Shown here: piece by piece, positions 1 through 45,500 of the stretch
How the letters are laid out: each line of letters opens with the position of its first letter
How positions within the stretch are numbered: the stretch's first letter is position 1
Source: Nitrospirales bacterium
Lineage (GTDB): Bacteria > Nitrospirota > Nitrospiria > Nitrospirales > UBA8639
Assembly: GCA_965203295.1 (NCBI GenBank)
Contig: CBDBCZ010000016.1
Span: 320,001 to 384,000 of the forward strand
Length of the DNA stretch: 64,000 nucleotides
Reading direction: 5' to 3'
Translations under genes and position numbers: made by a program
The notes under the pieces: generated by a model
Databases searched by the model: none
The model's input: the letters and a program-made list of their open reading frames with translations, nothing else
Told to the model about the DNA's origin: nothing

Positions 1-14
1 AATCTCAGTACGAG

Positions 15-1307
15 ATGATTGATGATGTTCTCTATTATAGCCGGCCGGACAAGACGCTGAGGGTGATTCCCCCGACTTCCGACAGGGAGAAGTTGTTCCA
101 GGAAGCACACGGAGGAGCATTCGGTGGCCATCTGCGTGGAGCCAAGATCCACAGTGAGTTGTTTAAGCACTACTGGTGGCCGAGTATGAGGACTGAGATA
201 TTGAAGTGGTGTCGTGGTTGCCTTGTGTGTGCTAGTAGACGCATTGGCCGGCAGGAGAGGCCCCCGTTAGCTCCCATCCCGGTAGCTGGGCCCTTCGATA
301 AGGTGGGGGTTGATGTATTGCAACTACCAAAGTCCTATGATGGAAATCGTTATGCAGTGGTTTTTGTAGACTACCTGACAAAGTGGCCTGAGGTGTTTGC
401 CACTGCAGACCAGTCAGCGTTGACCATCGCAAAGTTGCTGGTGGAGCATGTTATCTCACGCCATGGGGTACCTGCGGAGGTCCTGTCAGATCGTGGGGCT
501 TCCTTCCTGTCGAACCTCATGCAAGAGGTTTGCCGATTGATGGGGATAAAAAAGGTCAACACAACGGCCTACCATCCCCAGACCGATGGCCTCGTTGAAC
601 GGTACAACCGGACATTGATCGATATGCTGGCCAAGACAGTCGACAAGAGTGGCCAAAACTGGGACACTCGCCTGCCCTATGTGCTCTTTGCGTACCGGGC
701 CAGTATACAAGAGAGCACACGGGAGTCTCCATTCTATCTACTGTATGGCAGGGACCCCAGATTGCCAACGGAAGCTGCGCTGTCAACTCCCCTCACTCGT
801 GCATACATCGACACGGATGACTACAAGACGGAGTTGACCTTGAATTTCACGGAGGCTTGGGATTTGGCTCGCCAGCAGGTGGAGAAAGCTCAGAGGCAGC
901 AAAAGAGATTCTACGACCGGAGGTCTCGAAAGCCTACATTTCGTGTGGGAGATAGGGTTTTCCTGTACATGCCTGCGGCCAAGACTGGGCAGGCATACAA
1001 ATTTGCACGCCCATACCATGGACCCTACCGGGTGTTGGAGGTTGTCGGCTGTGATGCCAGTGTGGTGCGTGTGGACCAGCCTCAGGACACCCCACTCTTC
1101 GTGGCGATTGACCGACTGCGGCATTGCCCGGACGAGATTTCACCAGGAGCGACTTGGCCCCCACTGCCTACCCCGAAGCGAGGACGTCCGAAGGCGACGC
1201 CACCCGAACCGGAGCCAGATGACCTGAGCGCAGATGGACAGCCTGAGGAGCAGTCAGAGTGGACTGGACGTCTCCGACCCCGCCGGACGAGGCCGCCCGG
1301 AAGTTAG
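15..1307 (+). CDS. Gypsy pol C-terminus: integrase (H2C2 zinc-binding, rve DDE core, GPY/F module); 5'-partial
   Basis: Motifs include H-x6-H...C-x2-C (EAHGGAFGGH...CLVC), VGVD, VFVDYLTKW, SDRG, TTAYHPQTDGLVERYNRTL and YHGPYRV. The frame is open to the window edge with no stops or frameshifts. Confidence 0.93.
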   Translation: MIDDVLYYSRPDKTLRVIPPTSDREKLFQEAHGGAFGGHLRGAKIHSELFKHYWWPSMRTEILKWCRGCLVCASRRIGRQERPPLAPIPVAGPFDKVGVDVLQLPKSYDGNRYAVVFVDYLTKWPEVFATADQSALTIAKLLVEHVISRHGVPAEVLSDRGASFLSNLMQEVCRLMGIKKVNTTAYHPQTDGLVERYNRTLIDMLAKTVDKSGQNWDTRLPYVLFAYRASIQESTRESPFYLLYGRDPRLPTEAALSTPLTRAYIDTDDYKTELTLNFTEAWDLARQQVEKAQRQQKRFYDRRSRKPTFRVGDRVFLYMPAAKTGQAYKFARPYHGPYRVLEVVGCDASVVRVDQPQDTPLFVAIDRLRHCPDEISPGATWPPLPTPKRGRPKATPPEPEPDDLSADGQPEEQSEWTGRLRPRRTRPPGS

Positions 1308-1317
1308 GAGGGGGACA

Positions 1318-1534
1318 TGTAGTGACTGAATTTGCCTTATATGGTAGTGTATTACGTAATGCATCCTAGGGGGCCCGCTCCTTGGAGAGCCAGCCCATTG
1401 TTTGGCATTGTATTGTTGTTGGAAGAGCTAGTATGATTTTTGGTATTGGAGTTGTAGTGTTCTGGTAGTTTAAGTTATGAAGTTTTGAGTTGTTCTCTCG
1501 AGAGTTGCGTGGTATTAGGACGGCGGTCGCTACA
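1318..1534 (+). repeat. 3' LTR of the Gypsy element (217 bp)
   Basis: Begins TGT immediately after the PPT, ends ACA, and has short terminal inverted repeats. Confidence 0.85.
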
Positions 1535-1919
1535 AAAGAGCTTAGGGTTGGAGTTAGGGTTAGGTTAGGTTAGGCTGATAAGCAGCCAGTAAACTCCATA
1601 CATGTAGTGTAAAATTCCATTTTGTTTTGTGAAATAGGGAGACCCAAACTATCTGCTTCAGCTGGCTTTCAAGCCGGTAAAATACCTATACTTATTTTTC
1701 CACGTGTAGCAGTTGGAAGTGCCTCTTTAATGATAGACACTGTGAGATGGTAGATTTTCAGCCTCAGATCGGGCCTAAGTCAGAGGCGAACGAGATCATA
1801 GTATTTGAATACAATCACTTTCTTAGCATCTAATTGGCAAAAACAATATTGCTACTAGCTGTATAGCTTACTTGTTACCACCTTTTATGACGCGGACTTA
1901 AATTGAACATTATGTATAC

Positions 1920-2662
1920 ATGTTTCGTACCAAAGCGCAACTCATCAGGTTGTGCAACCAGACACTGGTTAGATATTTGGATACCCAGTTGCACAACTGA
2001 GCAGCTCAATGTGCAACTCTGTGGAAAATGCCACCCAGCTGCACAGCGGGACTGCCCCTTTGTCCGATTGCACTAACAGGTAGCGCTAGAGTTTCCCAGA
2101 TGCACCACTAGACAATCACACTTTGCCCATTTTACAGAACCGGACAGCTGTACGTAGCTTTGCAGAACTGGACAGTGTAGCTGCCCTGACATGCAACTGC
2201 AGTATTTGTCATGAAATAGTACCAGACTGTAAACAGAAACAGTACCAAAAGTGACACTTGCTTTACTTTTTGCTTGCTATCTTCGAATTTGTGACGCATG
2301 GTAAATCAGAAATTGGGACAAGTCTGTCACACACTTTTACCAATGGGTGGCTTAGTGCAGCTGCAAGGTTAGTACAGTTTGTGTAGCCTCAATCTATGAG
2401 ATATGGGTGCTGAGAATACACGACATGATCTTTTTGTTCGCAATAGACACACTGAGCAATTGGAACATACTTATAAGCTTCAAGCAACATAGCCTCTCTT
2501 TCTGTTGTCTCGCAACCAATCCTTAAACAAATAGACACTTCATTTGCCTGGATGGCTGTCATTCTGCTGACGCCGACAACTTCCTGCATTCTGTTGTTCA
2601 ATCGGATGCCTGGGAGATCCAGTTGTGTAGCAGGGTGCTAGTTGCACATCTGTGCGGAACAT
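1920..2662. mobile_element. Probable old non-autonomous TIR element
   Basis: The left end ATGTTTCGTACCAAAGCGCAACT and the right end AGTTGCACATCTGTGCGGAACAT are imperfect inverted repeats. Subterminal GTTGCAC/GTGCAAC motifs are repeated. Confidence 0.4.
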
Positions 2663-3393
2663 ACATGTTTAGTTACATCAACTGTTTCCTAAGTTGTGTG
2701 GATTTTTAATTCTTTTTTTTTCTGGAATGGTTGTGCATACCCAAGCTGTGGATGCCAGGCCACTTCTCCCCTCCCATGTGACCTGAATACAGCTATATTG
2801 TGGGAAGGCTAGTGTGTAGTTTCATAGTAGCTTCTGGAAGTTTTTGTCACCAAGTAGTATCTTGAGAAATCTACCAAATAGCCGGTTATTTTTATTTTTT
2901 GAGAGAGCACTGTTGTCAGTAAGGCCCTCACTCCAGAGGTCTTGCGACCCATGCTTGCCCATTGTCAAGAGAACTACGGGCACCCAAATTAACCCCCCCC
3001 CCCCCCACACACACATTTTCCACGTTACCCCATTTGTAGCATTTTGGCAACAAAGCCTCATAATCCTCCACATAAATGAGTTCAAAGTACTTTCAAGGTT
3101 TTAAATATCCTTGGGGGAGGGGGAATCCCAGGATGCCCCCTCCGTTATGATATCATTTTTGCAATAAAACAAGGTTTAATGGCAGTTGATTAGGAGGTAA
3201 TAATAAGTACACACATTTTAGTGTGAATTTGGCTCTACACATAGCTGCAAAGTTCACTTTAACATCAAACAACCACAACATGCTAACAGTTGTTACAGCT
3301 GTTAACATGTTATGGTTTGAACATGAACTTGGGGTAGTCACATACACAGTACATTTAAGCCAAAACCCACCATATTCAATCTCAGGGCAGTTG

Positions 3394-3922
3394 TTACCCC
3401 GCGCATATGCGGCGGGGTTAAGCGATTGGTTCTGTTTGTCTGTCCGTCCGTCCGTCTGTCCATCTGTTGTCTGTCCACTCAAAAATCGGGCTATCTCGCG
3501 ATTTACAGGGTTAAACGATTGCTAAACACGACAGTAACATTGAAATCAAAAAAAAAATGTCCGGGTGTGTACCTGATAGTCGCCAAAGCGGTTCCATTCG
3601 CTGTATCTACAGCTCTTTCTTATTTAACAACGGTGCATTCTGCCATTTTAATACGGTCACAACTAGAATACGATAGAGGCCGGGCATATACGGACTCTGG
3701 TCACGTGTTCATATTGGCAATCAGTCACGCCCACCACTTCCCATAGGATATACAGATATAATACGCGTACACGGGCGCTGTACACTCTGCGTGCGGATAC
3801 ACAGCTAGCCAGTGATATACATGTACACTCTGCCAACTACTCGATCAGCCCAGTCTGCAGTCCTGCCAGCTCCAAGTTGTGAATTATGCACCGCGGGGTA
3901 TGTCTCTGCTAGAGACTTCTAG
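3394..3922 (+). mobile_element. Non-autonomous Helentron-associated element (HINE/DINE-1-like), copy 1
   Basis: Has a 5' palindromic subTIR ACCCCGCGCATATGCGGCGGGGT, a (GTCC/GTCT)n microsatellite, a 3' subTIR CGCGGGGTA, a short stem-loop and T-rich flanks. A near-identical inverted copy lies at 45764-46289. Confidence 0.75.
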
Positions 3923-4526
3923 TTTTGTACAAGTTTTCTGGTGGTATGCCCCCAGACCCCCCTTGAAAGGCATTTGCTTTTTCGACAAGTCCCCCTCAGC
4001 AAAAAAATTCTGTATGAAACCCTGGCTTTGTAAAAAGTGAAGGTGGAATAGGCTATTTAGTGAGCTGGATCGGTACTATACTTTACTCATGGCACAGTCT
4101 GGCTCTATGTCTTGGCTATCAAGTACATGTATTTCAAAGTCGATTTGTGGTATGGAGTGGTTAATTAAAAAGCATTTGCGTACTATAGAGTGGGATGAAA
4201 GCTCACTCTTACTCTGTGCATGCATGTGCTTCCCCTTACAATTTTTCTTGATAGAACAGTCAGCCAAGTCTCTAGATCATCGATGGACTGTAACTTACAT
4301 GTACTTGGCATCTCTGTTTGCAATGTACGGGATGCACTGCACCTACTTCCGCTCTCCATGTACATGTATAAAGGGTGGTGTGTGGCTGCTCAATATTTTA
4401 TTTTTAACCTGTCCTGGCTCTCAAGACCAAGCATCCAACAATAGATAGTGTGCTAATGCAAGGGTTAGAAAGGAGGTGGTAACAAGTGTGATTTATTAGC
4501 CTCTATCATTATTATTTTCTACCCAG

Positions 4527-38479
<33,953 letters not shown>

Positions 38480-39482
38480 TCTTTGGTGTGTGTTTTAGGG
38501 TAAATTATTTTATTTTGTATTCTGGATGTCATGTTTCCATTTGCAGTACACCGTCATGCATGATCGTATACTTTGTGTATTGTCATCTACAAACCTTCAA
38601 CGTTACCATAATATGATAGGCAATGTACATAGATTTTGATTCTAACTACAAAATGTACAATTATGTAAAGTTGTCCTGTTAAACATGTAACACTACAACT
38701 TGCACGATAAAGGGTGCACTAATATTGGGGGGATAAAACAACGACTAGGCCTATTGCACGTGCACTTTACCCCCATCCATGATCCAGCTCTCAGCAACTC
38801 CTGACCTAGCTCGCAGCATTTGGCCGACGAAAAAATTAGCCTAGCCATATACACTATGAATTGCTCATTTGATTGTGACTTCTGGTGCAGTTTGCTCATA
38901 GACATACCCTGCTTTTGTAGCTTTTGTAGTTGGTTTCTTCCATCTGGAGAGGTACAATACGTATATATATAGCAAACTGTAACACTGGCTACCCCTTTGT
39001 TGGCATGCCTCCCTGCAACTCATCTACTTTGTGTGGTGTCTGATAGCCAGTGTACTTTCCCTTAATTGTACTTCCTACTGCTGATCTCATCAACTGTATT
39101 GGAGGTAAACATGTTTTCATGTACCATTTAGAGTCTACTTTTACATGCGGTTTTACTCCGGATCCCATAATAACATAATAATGAAAGTAATTACATAATA
39201 ATGCGTGCGTACTCAATGACGTCATTTGGATTGATGTACATCTATCAGACTATCTAGGTTAACCTCCGTAAGGGCATTCACTTTCAGGTATAAAGCATGC
39301 GCATTCCCAAGCAATTGGGCATACTCTTGTGTATACAGTACTCTTGCATGGTGGCCCGCGAGACTAGTCGGGAAAACTTATCGTGGCATGTAATAATTAC
39401 TTAATTTTGGCATTGCGCAGTGTTGGTTATAATATAAGTTGTATAAAGGTGTACTGTAGTGGTTAACAAAGTCAGCTTAGAA

Positions 39483-41078
39483 ATGGAAGAGTACTGTTAC
39501 AGTAGTTGTGAAACAAGCCGGGAATGCAGTCGTGAAAAATACCAGTTTCGGTGCAACCTGCTGAAGGTTTATCAAAGTCTCGATGAGAAAGATGTTCAGA
39601 ACCTGGTTTACATATCTCCCGAGTGCTCAGAAGATGTGCAGAGTGGTCGTGAATACTTTCTGCAGCTAGAAAAGAAGGGTCTCCTCAGTCCTATCAGCTA
39701 TGACTATGTGCTGGATCGCTTGACCATCGTGGGAAGAGAAGATGTTGCGATTGCACTCATGGAACGCATCTACCAATCCCCCCACACCCCACGTACCCTG
39801 TCTACCCATCTGTTGGCACGCCTCCTTGCCAGCGGGAAAGAGGACATGGCAGTACAGCTCATGCACCGCAAGTGCCGAGTCCAACGATTACCAAATGAAC
39901 TTAGTTTACCTCACCAAACCTTGTTGCTGATCTTCAATGCCAAGGAGGCGATATGCGCACGACACAGAACAGCAGTAGCAAAGCTGCGTGACCCCACCTT
40001 TCTACAAGCTGAAATGGGATGGTTAGTTAAGGCTTATTACCGCTACACTCTTTCGCAGTCCACTAAGATGGACATGGAAGCCACTATGTATCATTGGCCC
40101 AGTCTGTCAGTATTTGAGGATAGTGGTGCCTTAGGAGAACTATTGCGGAAAACACTGGAAAGCATATTCTCTTTTACTGATGCGTTTTCCATGCATGTAC
40201 GTACTATTATCAACACAGAAAATATCCAGCTGGAAAGTATCAAACCTTCCACCATAACTTGCAACATGGCGTTTGACAACTTCATTGAAGCCCTTACGGA
40301 TACAGAATGGAATTGTGATGGAAGAGAGGATGCATTGAATCACAAGAAACGGAGAGACTGTCCAATTGGAATCCATGCTCAGTCAGCTTGCAAATCCATA
40401 GCTGATCTGTGTGAAGGGCTACCTTGCGGAAGGAGTGTTGAAGAAGCTGAAGAGTCAGCAAAGCAGGACATCTCCACCATCGATTCATGCATGTATTTTT
40501 GTTGGTACAGCACTCACATGTTGCACTGGATGCGCACCATCATCCAAATGGCAGCTTCCTCCAGACTGGACCTGACGAAGTATTGTGAAGACATTATCAC
40601 TGTAGCAGCAGCCCATCGAGAGGTTATTGTTAAAAATCACAATAAATTCACACAAATCCTCGGTCAAGAGATCATGAAGGTGGTGGATCTAGTTCTAAAC
40701 ATTCCAAAGCATGAAGAGACACTGTCTGGATACTCTATGAATGCAGCTACATATGCTGGTGACGCTTTTGACCATCCGGACAGCATGGCAGTGTATTTTT
40801 ACTTGTATTTGATACAGTTGGTTGTTCTTGCCTGCAATAGTTCACGATCTAGCAGCCCATGGGAGCTAGCCAAGTATTTTTCAAGCGCACAGCAGGTGTT
40901 TGGTAAAAGCTACATAAGGAATTTGAAGGTAGCAATGGAAGTGGCATCTAAGACGGTAACTGCTGTGCACACTCGAGTCGAGGACCTCAGAGCAAAGGCA
41001 ATTCACTTGTGTCCTGAGGCATCTGCAGAAAGACTCCTGCTGAGTAGAATACTGCAAGATGTAGATACACAAAAGTGA
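39483..41078 (+). CDS. Intronless DED-domain protein, 531 aa; paralog of 22534-24087
   Basis: Aligns end to end with the nested ORF, with long identical stretches such as QSGREYFLQLEKKGLLSPISYDYVLDRLTIVGREDVAIALMERI and HWMRTIIQMAASSRLDLTKYCEDIITVAAAHRE. All indels are in frame. Confidence 0.85.
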   Translation: MEEYCYSSCETSRECSREKYQFRCNLLKVYQSLDEKDVQNLVYISPECSEDVQSGREYFLQLEKKGLLSPISYDYVLDRLTIVGREDVAIALMERIYQSPHTPRTLSTHLLARLLASGKEDMAVQLMHRKCRVQRLPNELSLPHQTLLLIFNAKEAICARHRTAVAKLRDPTFLQAEMGWLVKAYYRYTLSQSTKMDMEATMYHWPSLSVFEDSGALGELLRKTLESIFSFTDAFSMHVRTIINTENIQLESIKPSTITCNMAFDNFIEALTDTEWNCDGREDALNHKKRRDCPIGIHAQSACKSIADLCEGLPCGRSVEEAEESAKQDISTIDSCMYFCWYSTHMLHWMRTIIQMAASSRLDLTKYCEDIITVAAAHREVIVKNHNKFTQILGQEIMKVVDLVLNIPKHEETLSGYSMNAATYAGDAFDHPDSMAVYFYLYLIQLVVLACNSSRSSSPWELAKYFSSAQQVFGKSYIRNLKVAMEVASKTVTAVHTRVEDLRAKAIHLCPEASAERLLLSRILQDVDTQK

Positions 41079-41158
41079 CAGTCATTCTGTTTATACAGTA
41101 TCAATAATTATTTGAGTGAGTTGCACTTAACATGTTGACTTGTGTAAGGCTGTGTGTG

Positions 41159-41221
41159 TAGCCTCGAACCCAGGCCTTCCACGCAGATTTTTTCTGCGTG
41201 GAAGGCCTGGGTTCGAGGCTA
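41159..41221. mobile_element. 63-bp hairpin MITE (Academ-type termini) with 9-bp TSD
   Basis: Near-perfect palindrome TAGCCTCGAACCCAGGCCTTCCACGCAG...CTGCGTGGAAGGCCTGGGTTCGAGGCTA, flanked by CTGTGTGTG on both sides. Confidence 0.85.
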
Positions 41222-41344
41222 CTGTGTGTGTATGTGTGCATGCATGGTGATCTGTACATAAATTTAATGTGAATGGCTGTAAAAAAATTCTGCTTGAATT
41301 AATGTTGAGAGTCATAAGTACATGCATCTTCCCATCATGAATAT

Positions 41345-42070
41345 TCTCAATCCAGTGTTGCATCACTCTCTGCCTAAACCATGAAATCTATGTATGCATG
41401 GAGTACAGTGCATATTAGAGTGTCCTATGAACTGGCTTCCCCTCACTACACGTACACTCAGCGATACGGATCCCTTCATATCACTGCAAAAAAGCAATAA
41501 CAAGACTTAATAGTGTTTGCTGCATGGGAACTACGTTTAACTTAGTGATTATGTTTCCTGTGACTGGCTTCAAACTGAATCTATGTGACCATATTATGCC
41601 TAGCTTCTGGCTGTGACTTTATATGGAATATGAGGTGCATGACCCTTGACTGATTGAAACTGAGGAAACAACCTTGAGGGTTGACTCCTCAGTTGAGGTG
41701 CATGACCCTTGAATTGTAATTGAGGAAACAAACCTAAGGGTTGCATAGGTAGATTTCATGGTTTAGGCATGCAGAGAGTGATGCAACACTGGATGCATAA
41801 TTATACATATATAACTATTACTTACTATTCTCAACTTAGGGTTGTTTCCTCAGTTTCAATTCAAGGGTCATGGACCTCATATTCCATATAAAGTCACAGC
41901 CAGAAGCTAGCCATAATATGGTCACATAGTTTCAGTTTGGAAGCCAGTCACAGAAAACATAATCATTAACATGTAGTTTCCCATGCAGCAATGACTATTA
42001 CGTAAGTCTTGTTATTGCTGTGCCTTTATGGTCAAGTTGGAATATGAGGTGCATGACCCTTGAATTGCAA
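41345..42070. repeat. Complex local inverted duplication
   Basis: 41350-41400 is inverted at 41742-41793, and 41493-41690 is inverted at 41830-42020. GAGGTGCATGACCCTTGA is also repeated directly. Confidence 0.75.
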
Positions 42071-42094
42071 TTACATGTAATTAAAATAAAATGT

Positions 42095-44020
42095 TTTTGC
42101 AACAGAAGTTCATTGCTGCAGTGGATAACAGGTGTCAGCTGCTGGATCTTTTACAGCTGCCATCCTGTCTTCCCCATGCTTTTCAGTGGAGGTGGTCATA
42201 AATCGTTTTCAAGCCCTGTGATCATGCCAATTAATCATTTTATTCAAAATATTGTAGGTCTGTGTGTAATTCATTATTGACATGGGGCTCTGTATTGCTT
42301 GAGTGCACAAATTTTTCGGAGTTACAGGCCTGGGGCATATACTAACCATGACATGAATGCTTTTGCTGACCCTCAATATGGGCAAATCAGATAATTTGTG
42401 AAATTAAGCCGGTACATATGTCCTCCTCTTTTGAAATTATGTAACTTCATGACTCCACGTTCCCCTTATTCTGCAGCACTTTGTAGGTAGCTACAGTATG
42501 AGGAAAATGACCCTCAGAGTGTATATTAGGTAGGTCTAGCCACTGAGTTGTGTTATGCAGGCAATCATAACAAGTATTTAATGAGACACAGTGCTAATCA
42601 ACATAATACTATGGCTGTTTTTGTCTTTAAATATAGTGTACTGCAATTGGAAGACACTTTGAGATATCTGCACCCATTCTACCTTGAGGCATCCCGAAAT
42701 GAGGCACGTATAATCAGTTTGTTATGAGCCATCAGGCAGTATTCTTACCATGCCTTGCCTTCTACATGTAGATCTACCTCTTTCTCCATGACAACCCTTC
42801 TGCTAAAATGGCTCTGCTGAGAATAAAAGTGAGAATAGTATTTGCTCTACCCAAAGAGCTGCTGGCTGCGAGTGTTTATACCATGAATCACCTTTGACAT
42901 TTGTTTTTATTGGCCAATTCACTCTGCTTTAAAATTCTTTGTACCGTTTGATAAACATCTGTGTGATTTCTGTTGGTCGATTGACATGAAGACAGCATAA
43001 TGTTCTGCTACATATGTGCACAAAATTGCTCCATGTTGCAACTGTGTACCATCCACCACTAAGTAATGAGCCCATTTGAGTTATCGCTGACACCAGTCTC
43101 CTCTGTAGCTGTACCACAGAGTGAGCAGTGCCCAGAAGAGTGCTACAAAGCTGGGAGGATAGTCACGCACTAAATAAATGCATGCCATCTGCATTAGTAT
43201 ATGGAATGGCACCAGAAACCCTGTTTTCTAGGTCTATAATATTATGTGGGGCAGTCTTCTATCAGAAACTGAAAATTTCAAGACAATGAGCATAGTATAG
43301 GCTGATATGACTTATGTCAGCATTGCTTCTTTCTTTCAGCATCCTGTCTCATCCCCTGTGGAGGTCCCACTAAAAGAAGCCGAAAAGGTCCTGGTACCCC
43401 TGCAGATGCTTTCACGGACAGGATTGAACCACACCTACTTGCCTACGCTATCCACTTGTGGAAACGTGAGTCATCATAAGGCCATGCAGTTAGGTGAAGA
43501 ATGGGAGCCTTGGAACCTGAGCTCTGTAGCACCTTTTAAGGCAAATCAGGCCCTGAAGAATTTGCTCAACCAGAATTTGTATGGTTTAGTATCCTGGTTC
43601 ATGTATTCTTTTTTTTCAGTGCTGTATAAACGTAAATAGCTAAACTCCAGGCTGGCTTTAGCTAATTAGCTTTTTCCTGCCTAGATGGTAGTGTTAGGTA
43701 GTCAAGTTACAGCTGCTAACTGGAAGTGTACAATGAAACCGCTAAATTAGTACATTGCTGTAAGACTTATGCAGGATGAGATCACCTATTATAGCTCTAC
43801 AGCTTGGCCTGACCTGGAGCTTGGCCTGACCTGGAGCTTAGCTGAGCCTCGAGTGTTTCACTTGAAAAGTGCCAGACTATTATTGTAATGGTGTAGGTAG
43901 CTAGCAACAGAGGATTCCTATATACACCAGGAAAAAATATGGGAGAGTCTAAGGATTTGGAGGGCAAATTAACTTGATTGTTTGACCATATTTTGTGGTT
44001 TTGGAGGGACCCGCATCATG
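42095..44020 (+). pseudogene. Decayed partial duplicate of NAA15 (copies of the exons at 28599, 28802, 28940, end of 30678 and 31145, with intron sequence)
   Basis: 42477-42529, 42637-42703, 42772-42828, 42849-42867 and 43358-43465 match NAA15 exons but carry deletions, frameshifts and damaged splice sites. Flanking introns also match (42095-42300 vs 28260-28410; 43950-44020 vs 33160-33230). Confidence 0.88.
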
Positions 44021-44029
44021 GAGTACGGT

Positions 44030-45125
44030 AGGGCAGTTACGTACTAAAACATGGAATGAAATGGAAATGTAGTGGAACGTTCCATCCTGTTCGGCCTACT
44101 AAAGTGCTTTTATTTCTGATTCCCCTTTCTGGCCATTTCATATCTACCTTATTAGTCCCTTGTGCATGCTTATTAAGTGCTGCTGGATGGAGTTTATTAA
44201 ATGTGGAAAAACAATACGGAATGTCACACACAGAATTCCCATTTTGTACTTACATACCAAAACCTTCTCACAACCCTGTGTAAGTGATTAACTTTTTCCT
44301 TGCACAATCAGAATCTGTACATGACTATTCAATGCCAATGTCTTTATCTCCCCACTTCCGTGTAAATGTACCTGTATCAATTAACCTCTTTAGAAAATAC
44401 CATAACAGCACTCTCCATTACAAAATTCCATAATCAACGTTTGCAAGTCCTCAGCATTAGTAATTAAACCTACAAAATCATCAGCAAACATTAGACCCCC
44501 AACATATAACATCAGTCTTAATAGTTGTGCCAATCCCAGCCTTTGTGATCTCATCTAACAACTGATTGGAAAATACATGCAGGATAGGAGACATATTACA
44601 ACCCGTACCACCGACCTATATTGAATGACTTGGATTTTAATCCCTCCAGTAAAACAGCACTCTGTGCGATGTCATAATATCTCTCCACATCCTACCTCTA
44701 TCACCAAGTTCCCATAAGCCACTATGCCAAACTGTGTCAAATGCATCTAACGAGAAAGTGTGTGTTTTCCTTCCCTAATTGTGACTTAATTGTATGATTT
44801 CATTTAGAGAAAAGAAGTTATCAAAACAAATCCTTATGAAACTCTCTAAATCCTACCTGACTCTCGTGAAGAGCACTTTCTGATTCTAGTTACTAAGCGG
44901 TTATTTAGAATCTTGCAAAACCTACCACATTCAATAGTGCAAAGCCCCTGTAATTACCCGGGTCCTCAGCATCACCCTTTTTATACAAGCTAACAATTGA
45001 CCCTTGTTAGCGGAATACTCTCCTCTGTCCAAACTACCCCATACAAGACTTTCAACAGATTAGCCATTCCTTTGCCTCCATACTTAAGAAGCTCCCCAAC
45101 TAGCCCATCATTACCTCCCGTTTTA
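44030..45125 (-). mobile_element. Degenerate non-LTR retrotransposon (LINE) reverse-transcriptase fragment
   Basis: Minus-strand motifs DAEDPGNYRG, AFDTVWHSGL, GCNMSPIL and VGGLMFADDFVGL...EDLQTLI, with frameshifts and stops. Confidence 0.8.
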
Positions 45126-45179
45126 TTAATCTTTAGGCTTTTAGAACATCTTTTAATATCTGCATAGCTACCAACTTGC

Positions 45180-45500
45180 GTTGAATATCTGTTATCTGTG
45201 CTTCTACACCATTACTACGGTCAATGAACATCAATGACCCTGAAGGGTTGATATGAGCCTGACAGGTGTATGTCCCCGTATTACCAACGATAAATACGTT
45301 TGTGCTGATGTACGTACGTAGGTGCTGGTGCCAAAGTCTTGCACTGTACTGATCCTGCATGTGACCAGAGGTAAGTTCATTTCCTGATGCCCCAGTCCAT
45401 GTAGCAATCACTTTTACATTACCGAGCATGGCTGCTGGTACTCCAGCATGCACCGTAGTCCCACCATCACGAGTGACACTGACTGATGGGTTGGGGAGTG
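45180..45500 (-). pseudogene. Orphan, degenerate Ig-like domain exon
   Basis: Translation LPNPSVSVTRDGGTTVHAG...VIATWTG...NTGTYTCQAHINP shows the Ig W and YxC motifs. The first Cys strand is missing and the donor reads GCAAGT. Confidence 0.5.

Larger units (their letters stand above)
1..1534 (+). mobile_element. Ty3/Gypsy LTR retrotransposon, 3' portion (5' end outside window)
   Basis: Integrase ORF ends at 1307. It is followed by a polypurine tract AGGAGGGGGACA (1306-1317) and then an LTR at 1318-1534 bounded by TGTAGTGAC...GTCGCTACA (TG..CA, 8/9 inverted match). Confidence 0.93.

Noticed and set aside
1541..1574. TTAGGG/TTAGG repeats as a telomere or telomere-targeted insertion
   Set aside because: Only a few imperfect units in internal sequence, which is insufficient evidence.
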